From an uncultured delta proteobacterium (GTDB lineage: Bacteria; Desulfobacterota; RBG-13-43-22): 64,000 nucleotides of DNA. A model generated the notes under the pieces. The model was not told the DNA's origin and did not search any database. It saw nothing but the letters and a program-made list of their open reading frames with translations. Numbering within the stretch: position 1 is the stretch's first letter; every line of letters begins with the position of its first letter. Made by a program: the position numbers and the translations under genes. Positions 47,073-57,679 of this stretch are shown here, piece after piece. The stretch spans positions 1,568,001 to 1,632,000 of the forward strand of contig CAWBOS010000010.1 of NCBI GenBank assembly GCA_963790475.1, given 5' to 3'.

Positions 47073-48818
47073 TTAAAATATGGAGGGGGGATCATATTCT
47101 CCGAAAACATCTCTGAATACGTCACAGACCTCTTGCAAAGAAACATAAGCCTTGGCGCAGGCGATCAGATGAGGCACCAGGTTCATATCTTTCTGCCCCG
47201 CCTGTTCTTTTAATTCAGCCAACAGCTTTTGCACCTCCTGGTTGTTCCGGTTCTTTTTAACCTCCTTCAAGTTGGCAATCTGCCTTTCTTCGGCCCGGGC
47301 ACGGCGGTCGGGATCATAGGGGTGCGGGACCAGGCGGGTGGTCTGCACTTCGAGTTCATGTTCGCCGGTAAAACAGTTCACCCCCACCACCAGAGTCTCT
47401 CCGCTGGCTATTTTTTTCTGGTGTTCATAGGCGCTTCGCGTTACTTCCCGCTGCACGTAGCCTTGCTCGATGGCCGTCACGATACCGCCCATTTTATCCA
47501 ATTTTTCCAGCTCGGCCCAGGCCTCTTTTTCAATCGCATCGGTAAGGGATTCGATACAATAGGAACCGGCAAAGGGATCTTCAACTTCCAGCAGTTTGGC
47601 TTCACAGGTCAGGATGCGGCTGACGTCCTGGGATAATTGCTGGGCCTCCCTGCTCCAACCCAATCCAAGGGGTTCATCGTAAGGAGGGAAAGCCGAGGGA
47701 GGTCCTCCGGACATGGCCCCGGCCACCGCCCCGAGAACGGCCCGAGTCAGGTTATTGAGGGGACGTTGTTTGGTGGTACTGGAGGGACCGATGTGGGCGG
47801 TCATATTCATTCTAAGCAGCATGCTTCGGGGGTTCTTGGCTCCAAAGCGTTCCTTGAGGAGGCGGGCATACATGCGCCGGGAAGCCCGTTGAAAGGCGAT
47901 TTCCTGCAGGAACTCCATACTGCCGCCCATGGCATTAAAGGTAAAACGAGGGGCAAAGACATCCACGTCCAAACCGGCATTAATCCCTTCTTGCAGATAG
48001 GCAGAGGCGATGGCCATACTATAGGCCAGATCCTGTGTACGCGAGGCCCCTGCCTCCCGGATATGATACCCTCCCATGCTGGTGATATTCATACGGGGCA
48101 TATATTGGTTGGCAAAAACCAGGATATCTCTAAAGAGTCGCATGGCCGGCTTGGGGGGAAAGATATAGGCCCCGCGGGCGATATATTCCTTCAGAATATC
48201 ATTCTGAGGGGTGGCCTGTAATTTTTCCGGGGAAATGCCCCGGTTTTCAGCCAAAGCGGCGTACATGGCGATTAAATAAATGGCCGGACCATTGATGGTA
48301 AAATTAGAGGCGATGCGGTCCAGATCGAGCTCTCCCTGATACGGTTCATAAATGATTTCCATGTCACGGAGGGTGTCTATGGCCACTCCGACTTTGCCCA
48401 CTTCACCGGCCATTAGAGGGTTATCCGAGTCATACCCGCACTGGGTTACAAGATCCATAGCCAAGTTTGGGCCTTGCCTACCTCCCCGTGAAATATTCTG
48501 TTTATAATAATCCCTCGTGTCCTCTGGCGTTCCATATCCGGAATAGCCGGAGGCGCGGGTCAAACCGGAACCTGACGGGGCCCTGGCGGCCATCTTGGCG
48601 GTACCGGCTCTGGGATCAAAAGGATAAACGCTCGCCGTAAACGGATATTCTCCCGGAAAGCTCACTTGGGTCAGGAAATCAAAGTCCGGAGTATCCAGGG
48701 GGGTATAAAAACGGCTGGGGGCCTCTTTCAAATAAGGAAAACGCTCTAAGGCTTTCTTTACCGTTTTTTCCTGCCAAACCTGCCTTCTTTGACGTATCTT
48801 TTCATACTGGTCGCTCAT
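47073..48818 (-). CDS. divergent B12-dependent acyl-CoA mutase large subunit
   Basis: FPGEYPFT, DL.TQ.GYDSD, GEVGKVGVAIDT..DM, QNDILKEYIARG, GYHIREAGA, DP.AGSY..ESLT, VGVN.F. Confidence 0.9.
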   Translation of the reverse strand: MSDQYEKIRQRRQVWQEKTVKKALERFPYLKEAPSRFYTPLDTPDFDFLTQVSFPGEYPFTASVYPFDPRAGTAKMAARAPSGSGLTRASGYSGYGTPEDTRDYYKQNISRGGRQGPNLAMDLVTQCGYDSDNPLMAGEVGKVGVAIDTLRDMEIIYEPYQGELDLDRIASNFTINGPAIYLIAMYAALAENRGISPEKLQATPQNDILKEYIARGAYIFPPKPAMRLFRDILVFANQYMPRMNITSMGGYHIREAGASRTQDLAYSMAIASAYLQEGINAGLDVDVFAPRFTFNAMGGSMEFLQEIAFQRASRRMYARLLKERFGAKNPRSMLLRMNMTAHIGPSSTTKQRPLNNLTRAVLGAVAGAMSGGPPSAFPPYDEPLGLGWSREAQQLSQDVSRILTCEAKLLEVEDPFAGSYCIESLTDAIEKEAWAELEKLDKMGGIVTAIEQGYVQREVTRSAYEHQKKIASGETLVVGVNCFTGEHELEVQTTRLVPHPYDPDRRARAEERQIANLKEVKKNRNNQEVQKLLAELKEQAGQKDMNLVPHLIACAKAYVSLQEVCDVFRDVFGEYDPPSIF

Positions 48819-48854
48819 GGCCTTCCCTCCAAATTAAAATACTTGAACTGCAGT

Positions 48855-48975
48855 TTAGGTATACGGTGTAAGGTTTAAGGTATAAGGTATAAGGTTCAGG
48901 TTCAGGTTCAAAGTTCAAAGTTCAAAGTTTAAGATTCAAGATCTTTACCTTATACCTCATACCTTGTACCATGCC
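48855..48975. repeat. heptamer-armed palindrome
   Basis: AGGTATA/AGGTTCA/AAGTTCA tandem units facing TACCTTA/TACCTCA units. Confidence 0.75.
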
Positions 48976-48978
48976 GTC

Positions 48979-49716
48979 TTATGCATTGCCCCTTACTAAT
49001 TCGGCAACCCCTTTATAGGCATCTCCCGGGAAAAAAGTGATCGCCATCTCTAAGGCCCTACCGAACCTCGAAAAATAAACGCGTTTGATAACCAGAAGCG
49101 GATGTCCTTTTTTGACCTTCAGGATGGAGGCCAAATTTTTATCAGTCACCGAGGCGTAGGTGATCTGCCGGCTTCGCTTTACCGTCTCCAGGGATTCTTT
49201 CTCGACTCTCTCGATAAAAAGCGGGCGATCCGGATCGGTTATCTTTATGTTTTCCCCTATTTCTTCGGGGACATAGGCCTGAAAAAAGGCCTGGCGTTCA
49301 TTAATCAGATGCCGTAGTCCTTCGAAGAGATAAACTTTTTCCCCTGAGTTCAGCATCATATCCTGAATTATCTGGGGAGAAGGGTTGATCAATTTTTTCG
49401 AATGAAGTTTTAAAGTAGTCTGGACGCCGAGATCAAAAAGATCATCGACTGTTCCATAGAGCTTAAACTGGAAGTTGTTGTTTTTACGAAAAGAGACGAA
49501 GGTACCCCGCCCCTGTTCCCGGCGAATAAGGTTGTCACTTTCAAGAGACAAGAGGGCCTGTCTAACGGTTATTCGGCTGACCCCGAACTCCTGACACAAT
49601 TCTTTTTCAGTAGGAACGGCCTGATCGGACTTGAGTTTGCCGGAAAGGATTCCTTTTCGGAGGACCTTTTCCAGTTGATGGTACAGAGGAATGGGGGTTT
49701 TTTTTAATTTTATCAC
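48979..49716 (-). CDS. GntR (HutC/UTRA) family regulator
   Basis: PLYHQL, PTEKEL..EFGVSRITVRQAL, R.QGRGTFV; UTRA-like C-terminus. Confidence 0.92.
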   Translation of the reverse strand: MIKLKKTPIPLYHQLEKVLRKGILSGKLKSDQAVPTEKELCQEFGVSRITVRQALLSLESDNLIRREQGRGTFVSFRKNNNFQFKLYGTVDDLFDLGVQTTLKLHSKKLINPSPQIIQDMMLNSGEKVYLFEGLRHLINERQAFFQAYVPEEIGENIKITDPDRPLFIERVEKESLETVKRSRQITYASVTDKNLASILKVKKGHPLLVIKRVYFSRFGRALEMAITFFPGDAYKGVAELVRGNA

Positions 49717-49801
49717 AACCTCTTTCCTTTGGGGTGACGATGGCGGGTAAACCCGCTACCTATGGGAAAGGTTCTTGGCCCTCTTAATTCCGGTGGAAGA
49801 A

Positions 49802-49830
49802 AGGTTATAATGTCATAACAAATATGTCAA
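49802..49830 (-). promoter_or_regulatory. operon promoter with overlapping GntR-type operator
   Basis: Minus strand TTGACA-17-TAACCT; palindrome GTTAT-N6-ATAAC at 49804-49819. Confidence 0.6.
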
Positions 49831-50241
49831 TTAATATTTACACTGTTTCGTAATGAATCTTTGTTAAACCTCATTAATTTAAAAGACGCCTCGGCCCTAA
49901 GAGGCCGTTGGGGTCCATACCTCTTCTACGCTGTTAATCTGCGGCCTGATTAGGACTCCATTTCAAGATTTCCTTTTTTTCCCTGTTCTGGTGAGGCCTC
50001 GGTGTTTATGACTGGGGGAAAAACGGGAAAGAGGGACCTTATATCCACATCGATACCCGGGGATTTAAGGCCCGCTGGTGACGATATTCAAAAAAAGGGA
50101 AATAATTAGTGATAAGGGTGTTGACAGATTGCCCATGATTCTGTAATCTCAATCAATTCGTTAATTTCCTGGCCATTGCAAATTGGCACTGAATTATTGT
50201 TCAAAACGTTTCTATAGTTGTCTGTTAAGGAGTAACGCGCA

Positions 50242-51225
50242 ATGTCGATCCGAATCCTGGGAACAGGAAGCTACTTGCCCCCCCGGGTCCTTCACAACCG
50301 GGACCTCGAAATAATGATGGACACCACGGATGAATGGATTTCCCAGCGAACCGGTATTCACGAAAGACGTATGGCCGATCCGGAAATTGCCGCTTCCGAC
50401 TTGGCCCTGGAGGCATCCAGGTCAGCCCTGGAAATGGCAGGCAAGAAGGTCGAGGATATTGAACTCATCATCATGGCCACCATCACCCCGGATACCCATT
50501 GTCCGGCCGGCGCCAATTGGCTTCAGGCCAAACTGGATGCCCCCCAGGCAGTGACTTTTGACGTAACGGCGGCCTGCTCCGGTTTCATCTTTGCCCTGAA
50601 CGTGGCCGAACAATATATCAAAGCCGGGACCTACCAAAATATCCTGGTAGTCGCCTCGGAAATTATGACCAGGACTTTAAACTGGAAAGATCGTTCCACG
50701 GCCATCCTCTGGGGAGACGGGGCCGGGGCTGTTTTTCTTTCCGGAAATGGGGACAATCCCCAAATCCTTTCCACCCACATCCATACTGACGGGGCCAATG
50801 GAACCAATTTATTGATGCCCGGAGGGGGTTCCAAGACGACGCCCATCTCTCATGAGAGTGTGGATAAGGACCTTCACACCCTCAAATTGATCGAGGCCAG
50901 CGCTTCGGTTCGGGTGGCGGTCAAGCACTTTTCCGAGGCCTGTCTGGAGGCTGTTGAGGCCAACGGATTTTCCATCAAGGATGTTGATTGGGTCATCCCC
51001 CATCAAGCCAATTTGCGTATGATACAATCTTTGGCCAAACGGCTGGACCTTCCCATGGATAAATTTTTCATGACCATCCATAAGTACGGCAACATCTCCT
51101 CGGCTTCCGTTGCCATTGCTTTGGATGAGGCGGTTCGTAGCGGTGCCATCCAAAAGGGGCACCTGGTTTTGCTGACAGCCTTTGGCGGAGGCTTGACCTG
51201 GGGCAGTGCCCTCATAAGGTGGTGA
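50242..51225 (+). CDS. fabH: 3-oxoacyl-ACP synthase III
   Basis: GTGSYLP, WI..RTGI.ERR, AACSGF, HQAN.R, GNISSAS, FGGGLTWG. Confidence 0.93.
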   Translation: MSIRILGTGSYLPPRVLHNRDLEIMMDTTDEWISQRTGIHERRMADPEIAASDLALEASRSALEMAGKKVEDIELIIMATITPDTHCPAGANWLQAKLDAPQAVTFDVTAACSGFIFALNVAEQYIKAGTYQNILVVASEIMTRTLNWKDRSTAILWGDGAGAVFLSGNGDNPQILSTHIHTDGANGTNLLMPGGGSKTTPISHESVDKDLHTLKLIEASASVRVAVKHFSEACLEAVEANGFSIKDVDWVIPHQANLRMIQSLAKRLDLPMDKFFMTIHKYGNISSASVAIALDEAVRSGAIQKGHLVLLTAFGGGLTWGSALIRW

Positions 51226-51345
51226 ACTAAGAAAAGTGACCAGTGACCAGAAAAAACATAATTGGTCATTCTTGTTAATTAGCACTTGTCGCCCGTCACT
51301 TCATTAGGCTGTTGACTAAACAGGATGCGGAAAAACTCATTTTTC

Positions 51346-51484
51346 ACAGGTTGCTCAAAAAGGTCCAGATACAAGGCGCCCGAAATCCTGAGGAATGAGG
51401 CGTACATAGAAGTACGTCGCAATGACGAAGGATAAGGGCAATCCCGCCGTTGGCGGGATAGATGGGCCTTTTTCAGCAACCTGT
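51346..51484. mobile_element. MITE with terminal inverted repeats
   Basis: ACAGGTTGCTCAAAAAGGTCCA / TGGGCCTTTTTCAGCAACCTGT; internal GAGGCGTAC...GTACGTCGC. Confidence 0.8.
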
Positions 51485-51513
51485 TAATCAAGTGCAGGAG
51501 GTGCGAAAAGAGC

Positions 51514-54322
51514 ATGAATAAAAATAAAATAAAAGCCAAAATAAAAGCCATAAAATCATCCAAGCCCAGGAAAAATAAAAAATATGTCTATTTCTTCGGA
51601 AAAGGCAAGGCGGACGGAAATGCCGACATGAAAAACCTGTTGGGCGGCAAAGGGGCCAATCTGGCGGAGATGACCAACCTGGGGGTAACCGTTCCGGCCG
51701 GATTCACCATCACCACCGAAGTCTGCACCTATTACTACCAAAACAAACAGACCTATCCTCTGGAAATGAACCGACAGATGGAGGCCGCCCTGGCCAGGGT
51801 CGAAAATATTATGGGCCGAAAATACGGCGACCCCGCGGACCCTCTTCTTTTATCCGTCCGCTCCGGGGCCAGAAGATCCATGCCGGGTATGATGGAAACC
51901 GTTTTGAATATCGGGCTGACGACCAAGACCATCCCCGGACTGATTAAAAGGACCAATAACGAACGTTTTGTCTATGATGCCTATCGCCGCCTGTTGATGA
52001 TGTATGCCGATGTGGTCATGGAAAAGGCCGCCGGTATCGAACCGGCCGAAGGGGAAGGGATCCGGCAAAAATTAGAACAGGCTATGGACCTGGTGAAAGA
52101 GAAGAAAGGCTACCATCAGGATACCGACCTGACCGCAGCCGACCTTAAAAGTCTGTGTGAAAATTTTAAGACCATCATCAAGGACACCCTGAAAAAAGAA
52201 TTTCCTGATGATCCTCAACAACAACTTCTGGGAGGAATCGGGGCGGTCTTTCATTCCTGGATGGGCAAACGGGCGGTTTCTTACCGTAAGATCGAAGGGA
52301 TTCCGGAAGATTGGGGGACAGCGGTCAACGTCCAGGCTATGGTCTTCGGCAACACCGGGGATACCTCGGCTACTGGGGTGGCCTTTACCCGGAACCCGGC
52401 CACCGGCGAAAATGTATTCTACGGTGAATGGCTGCCTAATGCCCAGGGCGAGGATGTGGTGGCCGGCATTCGAACCCCCAACCCGGTCAACGAGGCGGGG
52501 AAGACCTCGGATACCCGGCATTTGTCTTCCCTGGAAGAAATGATGCCCGACCTGTACCGACAATTATTCAAAATCCAGAAGAGATTGGAAAAACATTACA
52601 CCGATATGCAGGATATCGAGTTCACCATCGAGGATGGTAAACTCTGGATGCTTCAAACCCGTACCGGGAAACGAAACGGCCAGGCGGCCATCAGGATGGC
52701 CGTGGAAATGGCCGAGTCCCGGTTGATCAGCAAGGAAACCGCCTTACTCCGGGTCAATCCCGATCAGATCGATGAGCTCCTGCACCCCAGCGTGGATCCG
52801 GAGGCCGGGAAAAAGGCCGTCGAATTAGTCAAGGGACTGCCGGCCGGTCCGGGCGGGGCCTTCGGTCAAGTCGTCTTTACCGCCGATGATGCCGATCTCT
52901 GGAACAAACAAGGGAAAATGGTAATCCTGGTCCGTAATGAAACCTCTCCTGAAGATGTCCATGGCATGCATGCCGCCCAGGCCATCCTGACCGCTAAAGG
53001 AGGTATGACCAGTCATGCGGCCCTGGTGGCTCGGGGTTGGGGAAAATGCTGTGTGGTGGGGGCCAATGCCCTGGACATCGATGCCCATAATAAAATAATC
53101 CGGGTCAAAGGCCATGAACTTCGGGAAGGAGATTGGATCACCATGGACGGCACTCGGGGCCGTGTCTTTGAAGGCCAGCTCAAATTATTGCCGGCCGATC
53201 CGGCCAATAATCCCTGGTATCTGAAAATGATGAAATGGGCCGACCAAACCCGGAAATTAAAAATCAGGACCAATGCCGACCGGCCCGAAGATGCGAAAAT
53301 AGCCCGGTCCTTCGGGGCCGAGGGCATCGGCCTTACCCGGACGGAACATATGTTTTTCGAGGCCGACCGGATTCGGTCGGTACGGGAGATGATCCTTTCC
53401 GATACCCTGGAGGGTAGACAAAAAGCCCTGGCCAAACTGTTACCCACACAAAAGGCAGACTTCATCGGCATCTTTAAAGCCATGGATGGGCTTCCGGTGA
53501 CCATCCGCCTTCTGGACCCTCCCTTGCATGAATTCTTACCCAAGACCACTGAGGAGACTTCAGGAGCTTTCCGCGGAAATGAAGGTGTCCTTTACCCAAT
53601 TGAGAGCTAAAAACGAGTCCCTTCATGAATTCAATCCGATGCTGGGCCACCGGGGCTGCCGGCTGGGTATCACCTTCCCGGAAATTTATGAAATGCAGGT
53701 CCAGGCCATTATGGAGGCTGCCTGTGAATTGACCCAAAAAAAAGTCAAGGTTATTCCGGAAATCATGATCCCATTGGTCGGGCACGTCAACGAACTGGAA
53801 TCCATGCGCAAGCTGACCATCCGAATCGCAGAGGCAGTCCAGAAAGAAACCAAGGTCAAGGTGAACTATCTGGTAGGGACCATGATCGAGCTTCCCCGGG
53901 CCTGCATCACTTCCGATGAAATCGCCACCCAGGCCGACTTCTATTCCTTCGGCACCAACGACCTGACCCAGACCGTGTATGGTCTTTCCCGGGATGATGC
54001 CGGCGGTTTCCTGCCCTTTTACCAGGAACAACGAATCCTCCCGGACGATCCCTTTATCACTATTGATGTTGATGGGGTCGGGGCCTTTATGAAAATAGCC
54101 GTGGAAAAAGGACGGAAGGTCAAAAAGAATCTGAAGATCGGTATCTGCGGGGAACACGGCGGAGAGCCGCGATCAGTGGAATTCTGCCATTCCCTCAATC
54201 TGGATTATGTGAGTTGTTCTCCCTTCCGGGTGCCCATCGCCCGGCTGTCTGCGGCCCAGGCCGCCATCAAAGAGAAACCGGGGAAGAAGAAAGAAGAAGT
54301 GAAGAATGCCCGGAGAGGATAA
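51514..54322 (+). pseudogene. ppdK: pyruvate phosphate dikinase, frameshifted near 53557
   Basis: GGKGANLAEM, GGMTSHAA.VARG, RLLDPPLHEF | EFNPMLGHRGCRL, FGTNDLTQ, GICGEHGG in two overlapping frames. Confidence 0.93.
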
Positions 54323-54353
54323 ATGTTTCGGGGGATGCAAATGATAATGACAG

Positions 54354-54474
54354 CTTGATAAAAAGTCGTCACCCCTTGGTGAAAACCGGGGTCCAGGATT
54401 ATATCTAATTGACAATTCTGGATTCCGGCTTTCGCCGGAATGACTCTGAGGGGTAATTCCGACTTTTTACAAAT
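54354..54474. repeat. GTCATTCCGG-type palindromic repeat, copy 3
   Basis: AAAAAGTCGTCACCCC...CTGGATTCCGGCTTTCGCCGGAATGAC...GACTTTTTAC. Confidence 0.85.
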
Positions 54475-54524
54475 CGCTGTAATATCGCCTCAGTGCGAAT
54501 AAAAGTTTAAAAAAGGAGAAAATT

Positions 54525-55149
54525 ATGTCAAGTCAAGATTCAAAAACAATGTTTGGCAACAAAATGTGGACCAAGGGGTTTGTTTCACTCTTCTGTCTCA
54601 TTTTCGCTATGGCAGTACTAATTCCCTCAATGGCTTTAAGCAGTTCGGATCGGCTGGTCGATGATAAGGAGTACAAGGACAAGGACTTCCACAAGGGCAT
54701 CATCACCGATTATACGGACATGGTCAAAGGAGACGAGGTGGACTGGGTGTGGGTCAAACCCGGAGAAAATCTCAGTCAATACCAGATAAAGCTGGGAACC
54801 ATTGAGAATAAATCGGATATGTTCAGCAAATCACTTAACTGACTCGGTTAAATCCATATTTGAAGAATACTTTTGCCAACGGAACCAAAAGGAAGCAAAG
54901 GGTACGCTCACGGCCGAGTTGTGTATTACCGAAGTGCAGAAATACAGCCCGGGTAAGGCCTGGATACCTTTTGCCGGAGGAAGACAAATGCAGGCCGGCA
55001 TAGGGATCGAAATGATTCTGCGGGATCAAGATAAAGGGATCATTGCCAAATTGAGGCATTTTGATCGGCAGGGCAGCGATGTCAGAGATGCTATTGAGGA
55101 AGTGGCCGGTCATATGACCAGATACATTTACAACGCATTAATAAAATAG
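54525..55149 (+). pseudogene. secreted hypothetical protein split by a +1 frameshift near 54837
   Basis: Signal peptide; removing one base reads SKSL-TDSVKSIFE continuously. Confidence 0.7.
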
Positions 55150-55271
55150 TAAATCAACTCATCTACAGACCTTGACCGGTTGCGAATTTGGCCTCCGGTT
55201 TCCGGCAGCAAATCCTGACCAAGAGGAGTAGAGAGCTTTTGCTTTACTCCTCTTGGTGCTTACCAACCTTC

Positions 55272-56300
55272 CTAATCCAAACGATAAACCCGTGTTGCCG
55301 TCTCTCGGAAAAGGGCATCCTTTTCTGACTCAGAAAAGCCGGCCACCATTTTCTTAAAGGCATTCCAGACCACATGGTAAGACAGGGAAAGCTTATCCAC
55401 CGGGAAATTGCTTTCAAACATGCAGCGCTCCGGCCCGAAGCATTCAATGGTATGCAGATAATACCTTTTTTGAGCTTCGATAAATTCGTCCGATGAAGGA
55501 GGGATTTCCCGCGTATGCCAGCCGAAACCGTTATCGGGCATGGCCAACCCGCCGAGCTTAGCGAAAACATTTTCACATTTGGCGATTTCGGCCATATCCT
55601 TTTTCCATTGGACAAAAATTTCCTCCCGTTTATCGCGGTAGGGACCAACACCCAACGGGGTCCCGAAATGATTCAGGATCATCCGGGTTCCCGGTACGGC
55701 CCGGGCCAACTCGGCAAAGGCCGGATTCTGGTGATGATAATGCCAGGTGTCATAGGTAAGTCCCCGGCGGCCCAATTCCCTCATCCCCTGTCTGAAGTCT
55801 TCTCTTTGATACAAATGCTCCGGTGCACGGCCGGGAATGGAAAGGGCTTCCCTGTTTTTATCACTTGCCCCTGCATGACGAATTCCCTTAAACAATCCCG
55901 GTCCGGCCTCTTCATGGGCTTGTAGCACCTCTCCGAGCCGGTCACCCAGGGTCAGGTCTGCATGGGCCACAATACCGGATATTTCAGCCCCCCCTTTTCC
56001 CCCTTTGGCGCTTTCCGCGGCGATCCCAGCCACAAACTCCGTTTCACCGACAGGACGCAGATGTTCCGGACCTTCGGTTCGGTAGCCGGAATGACATTCA
56101 ATAAAGACTGTTTTGACGATATGATGCCCGGAACCTGTATCGGCCCACAGGTCTTTTAACAAATAAGATCGCCCGCCCGGTCTTTCCCATAAATGGTGAT
56201 GTGGATCAACAATGGGACGTTCAGGTTCCACAATTTCTTCAACCACCTGGGCCAGCCACTCAGGGGTTCCCGGAACTGGTTTAGACATAATTTTCTCCAT
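55272..56300 (-). CDS. amidohydrolase family 2 protein
   Basis: IVDPHHHLW, GIRH, NHFG.P, KLGGL, FG.ERCMFESNFPVD. Confidence 0.92.
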   Translation of the reverse strand: MEKIMSKPVPGTPEWLAQVVEEIVEPERPIVDPHHHLWERPGGRSYLLKDLWADTGSGHHIVKTVFIECHSGYRTEGPEHLRPVGETEFVAGIAAESAKGGKGGAEISGIVAHADLTLGDRLGEVLQAHEEAGPGLFKGIRHAGASDKNREALSIPGRAPEHLYQREDFRQGMRELGRRGLTYDTWHYHHQNPAFAELARAVPGTRMILNHFGTPLGVGPYRDKREEIFVQWKKDMAEIAKCENVFAKLGGLAMPDNGFGWHTREIPPSSDEFIEAQKRYYLHTIECFGPERCMFESNFPVDKLSLSYHVVWNAFKKMVAGFSESEKDALFRETATRVYRLD

Positions 56301-56373
56301 TAACCGCTTAGTGTTTTATACATCGACAATATTTTGTCGATGTGTTTCTTTTTTGCTGATGCGCCCCCTTATC

Positions 56374-56466
56374 CGTCATTCCGGCAGGTTATTAGCCGGA
56401 ATCCAGGGACTTTGATTTCTCATTTTTTTTAACCTGGATTCCCGATAAAGACATTCGGGAATGACG
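56374..56466. repeat. GTCATTCCGG-type palindromic repeat, copy 4
   Basis: CGTCATTCCGGC..GCCGGAATCCAG...CTGGATTCCCGA..TCGGGAATGACG. Confidence 0.85.
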
Positions 56467-56479
56467 AAAAAAGCGCCAT

Positions 56480-57679
56480 TCAATCATCTATAGCCTGCGT
56501 AGCCAGTGTCTGCATATCCATCCTGATATTGAGATGATCGTAGGGACGCACCTGGGTAAGGACCATTCCGAATAATTTTTCTACAGGATCATTCCACCAA
56601 TAGGTGCAAAAAGCGCCTCCCCAGGTATAGGAACCTTCCGAGGCCATGTTATGGGTCTGCCCCCGGTCCAAAGTAACGCCGAACCCCAGGCCGAATCCGT
56701 TGCCCGGGCCGGTCAACCAGACCGGTCGATTGCCTATGTGACTCTTGGTCATCAACTCGATCGTTTTACGGCTCAGTATTCTCTTCTCTCCGCTCTTTCC
56801 CCCGCTCATCAGCATATTGGCGAATTGGAAATAATCCTTGGCCGTAGAGACCAATCCGCCGGACCCCATATAATAAATGCCGGGCTTGCTGAGCCAAAAA
56901 CTCTCCATCGTATCAGGATCGGTCAGTTTGATTTTCTTATCATCCCCCGGTGTGTACGCCACGGCAAAACTGGACAGTTTTTCTTCAGGCAGGAAGAAAT
57001 GGGAGTCCATCATGCCCAGCGGTTCGAAAATATGCTCTTTAAAAAAATCCGCCAGGGTTTGTCCTGATAATACTTCGACCAGCCGGCCCACAACGCAGGT
57101 GGCGCGGGAATAATCCCACACGGTCCCGGGATGATTGTTAAGAGGAACCGTGGCCAGCCGGTCCACAAAGTCACCAATGACCTCTTTGCGGCTGCGGAAT
57201 TTTGTGGTTTGCCTATAAATCTCCTGGTTTTTGGGATTGTATTCAGTGGCAAACCCGGCGGTGTGGGTTAGGATATGCCAGACATTGATGGGAGGGTCGG
57301 CCGGTACCAGATCATATCCTCTTCCGCTTTTGTAAATGGCCACCTGCATATTCTTAAAAGCCGGCAACCATTTGGAGATGGGATCCCCCAGTTGAAATTT
57401 ACCCTGTTCGTACAGCATCATCAAGGCCACAGAGGTTATGGGTTTGGTCATGGAAGCCATTCGGAATATGGTATCTTTGGTCATGGGAATCTGTTTTTCC
57501 ACATTCTGAAAACCCTGGACTTCGAAATGAACGATCTTTCCCTGACGGGCGACCATGGTGACCGCGCCCGGGATCAGTTGCTTTTGAATATACCCCCGGA
57601 TCATGGCTTGGATAAGTTTCAGACGTTCCGAAGACATCCCCACTTCAGCGGGATCGGTAAAAGGCAGGTTGTTGGTCAT
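56480..57679 (-). CDS. serine hydrolase, beta-lactamase class C-like
   Basis: FRMASMTK (SxxK), LTHTAG, WDYS, WGGA. Confidence 0.92.
   Translation of the reverse strand: MTNNLPFTDPAEVGMSSERLKLIQAMIRGYIQKQLIPGAVTMVARQGKIVHFEVQGFQNVEKQIPMTKDTIFRMASMTKPITSVALMMLYEQGKFQLGDPISKWLPAFKNMQVAIYKSGRGYDLVPADPPINVWHILTHTAGFATEYNPKNQEIYRQTTKFRSRKEVIGDFVDRLATVPLNNHPGTVWDYSRATCVVGRLVEVLSGQTLADFFKEHIFEPLGMMDSHFFLPEEKLSSFAVAYTPGDDKKIKLTDPDTMESFWLSKPGIYYMGSGGLVSTAKDYFQFANMLMSGGKSGEKRILSRKTIELMTKSHIGNRPVWLTGPGNGFGLGFGVTLDRGQTHNMASEGSYTWGGAFCTYWWNDPVEKLFGMVLTQVRPYDHLNIRMDMQTLATQAIDD

Noticed and set aside
51279-51563. 94-aa ORF on the minus strand
   Set aside because: Spans the MITE and the ppdK start; a typical spurious repeat-derived ORF.
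53540-53570. Programmed frameshift in ppdK
   Set aside because: No slippery sequence or stimulatory structure seen, and I know of no precedent for this enzyme.
56480-57679. Antibiotic-resistance beta-lactamase
   Set aside because: No signal peptide; resembles cytoplasmic esterase-type serine hydrolases in a metabolic context.
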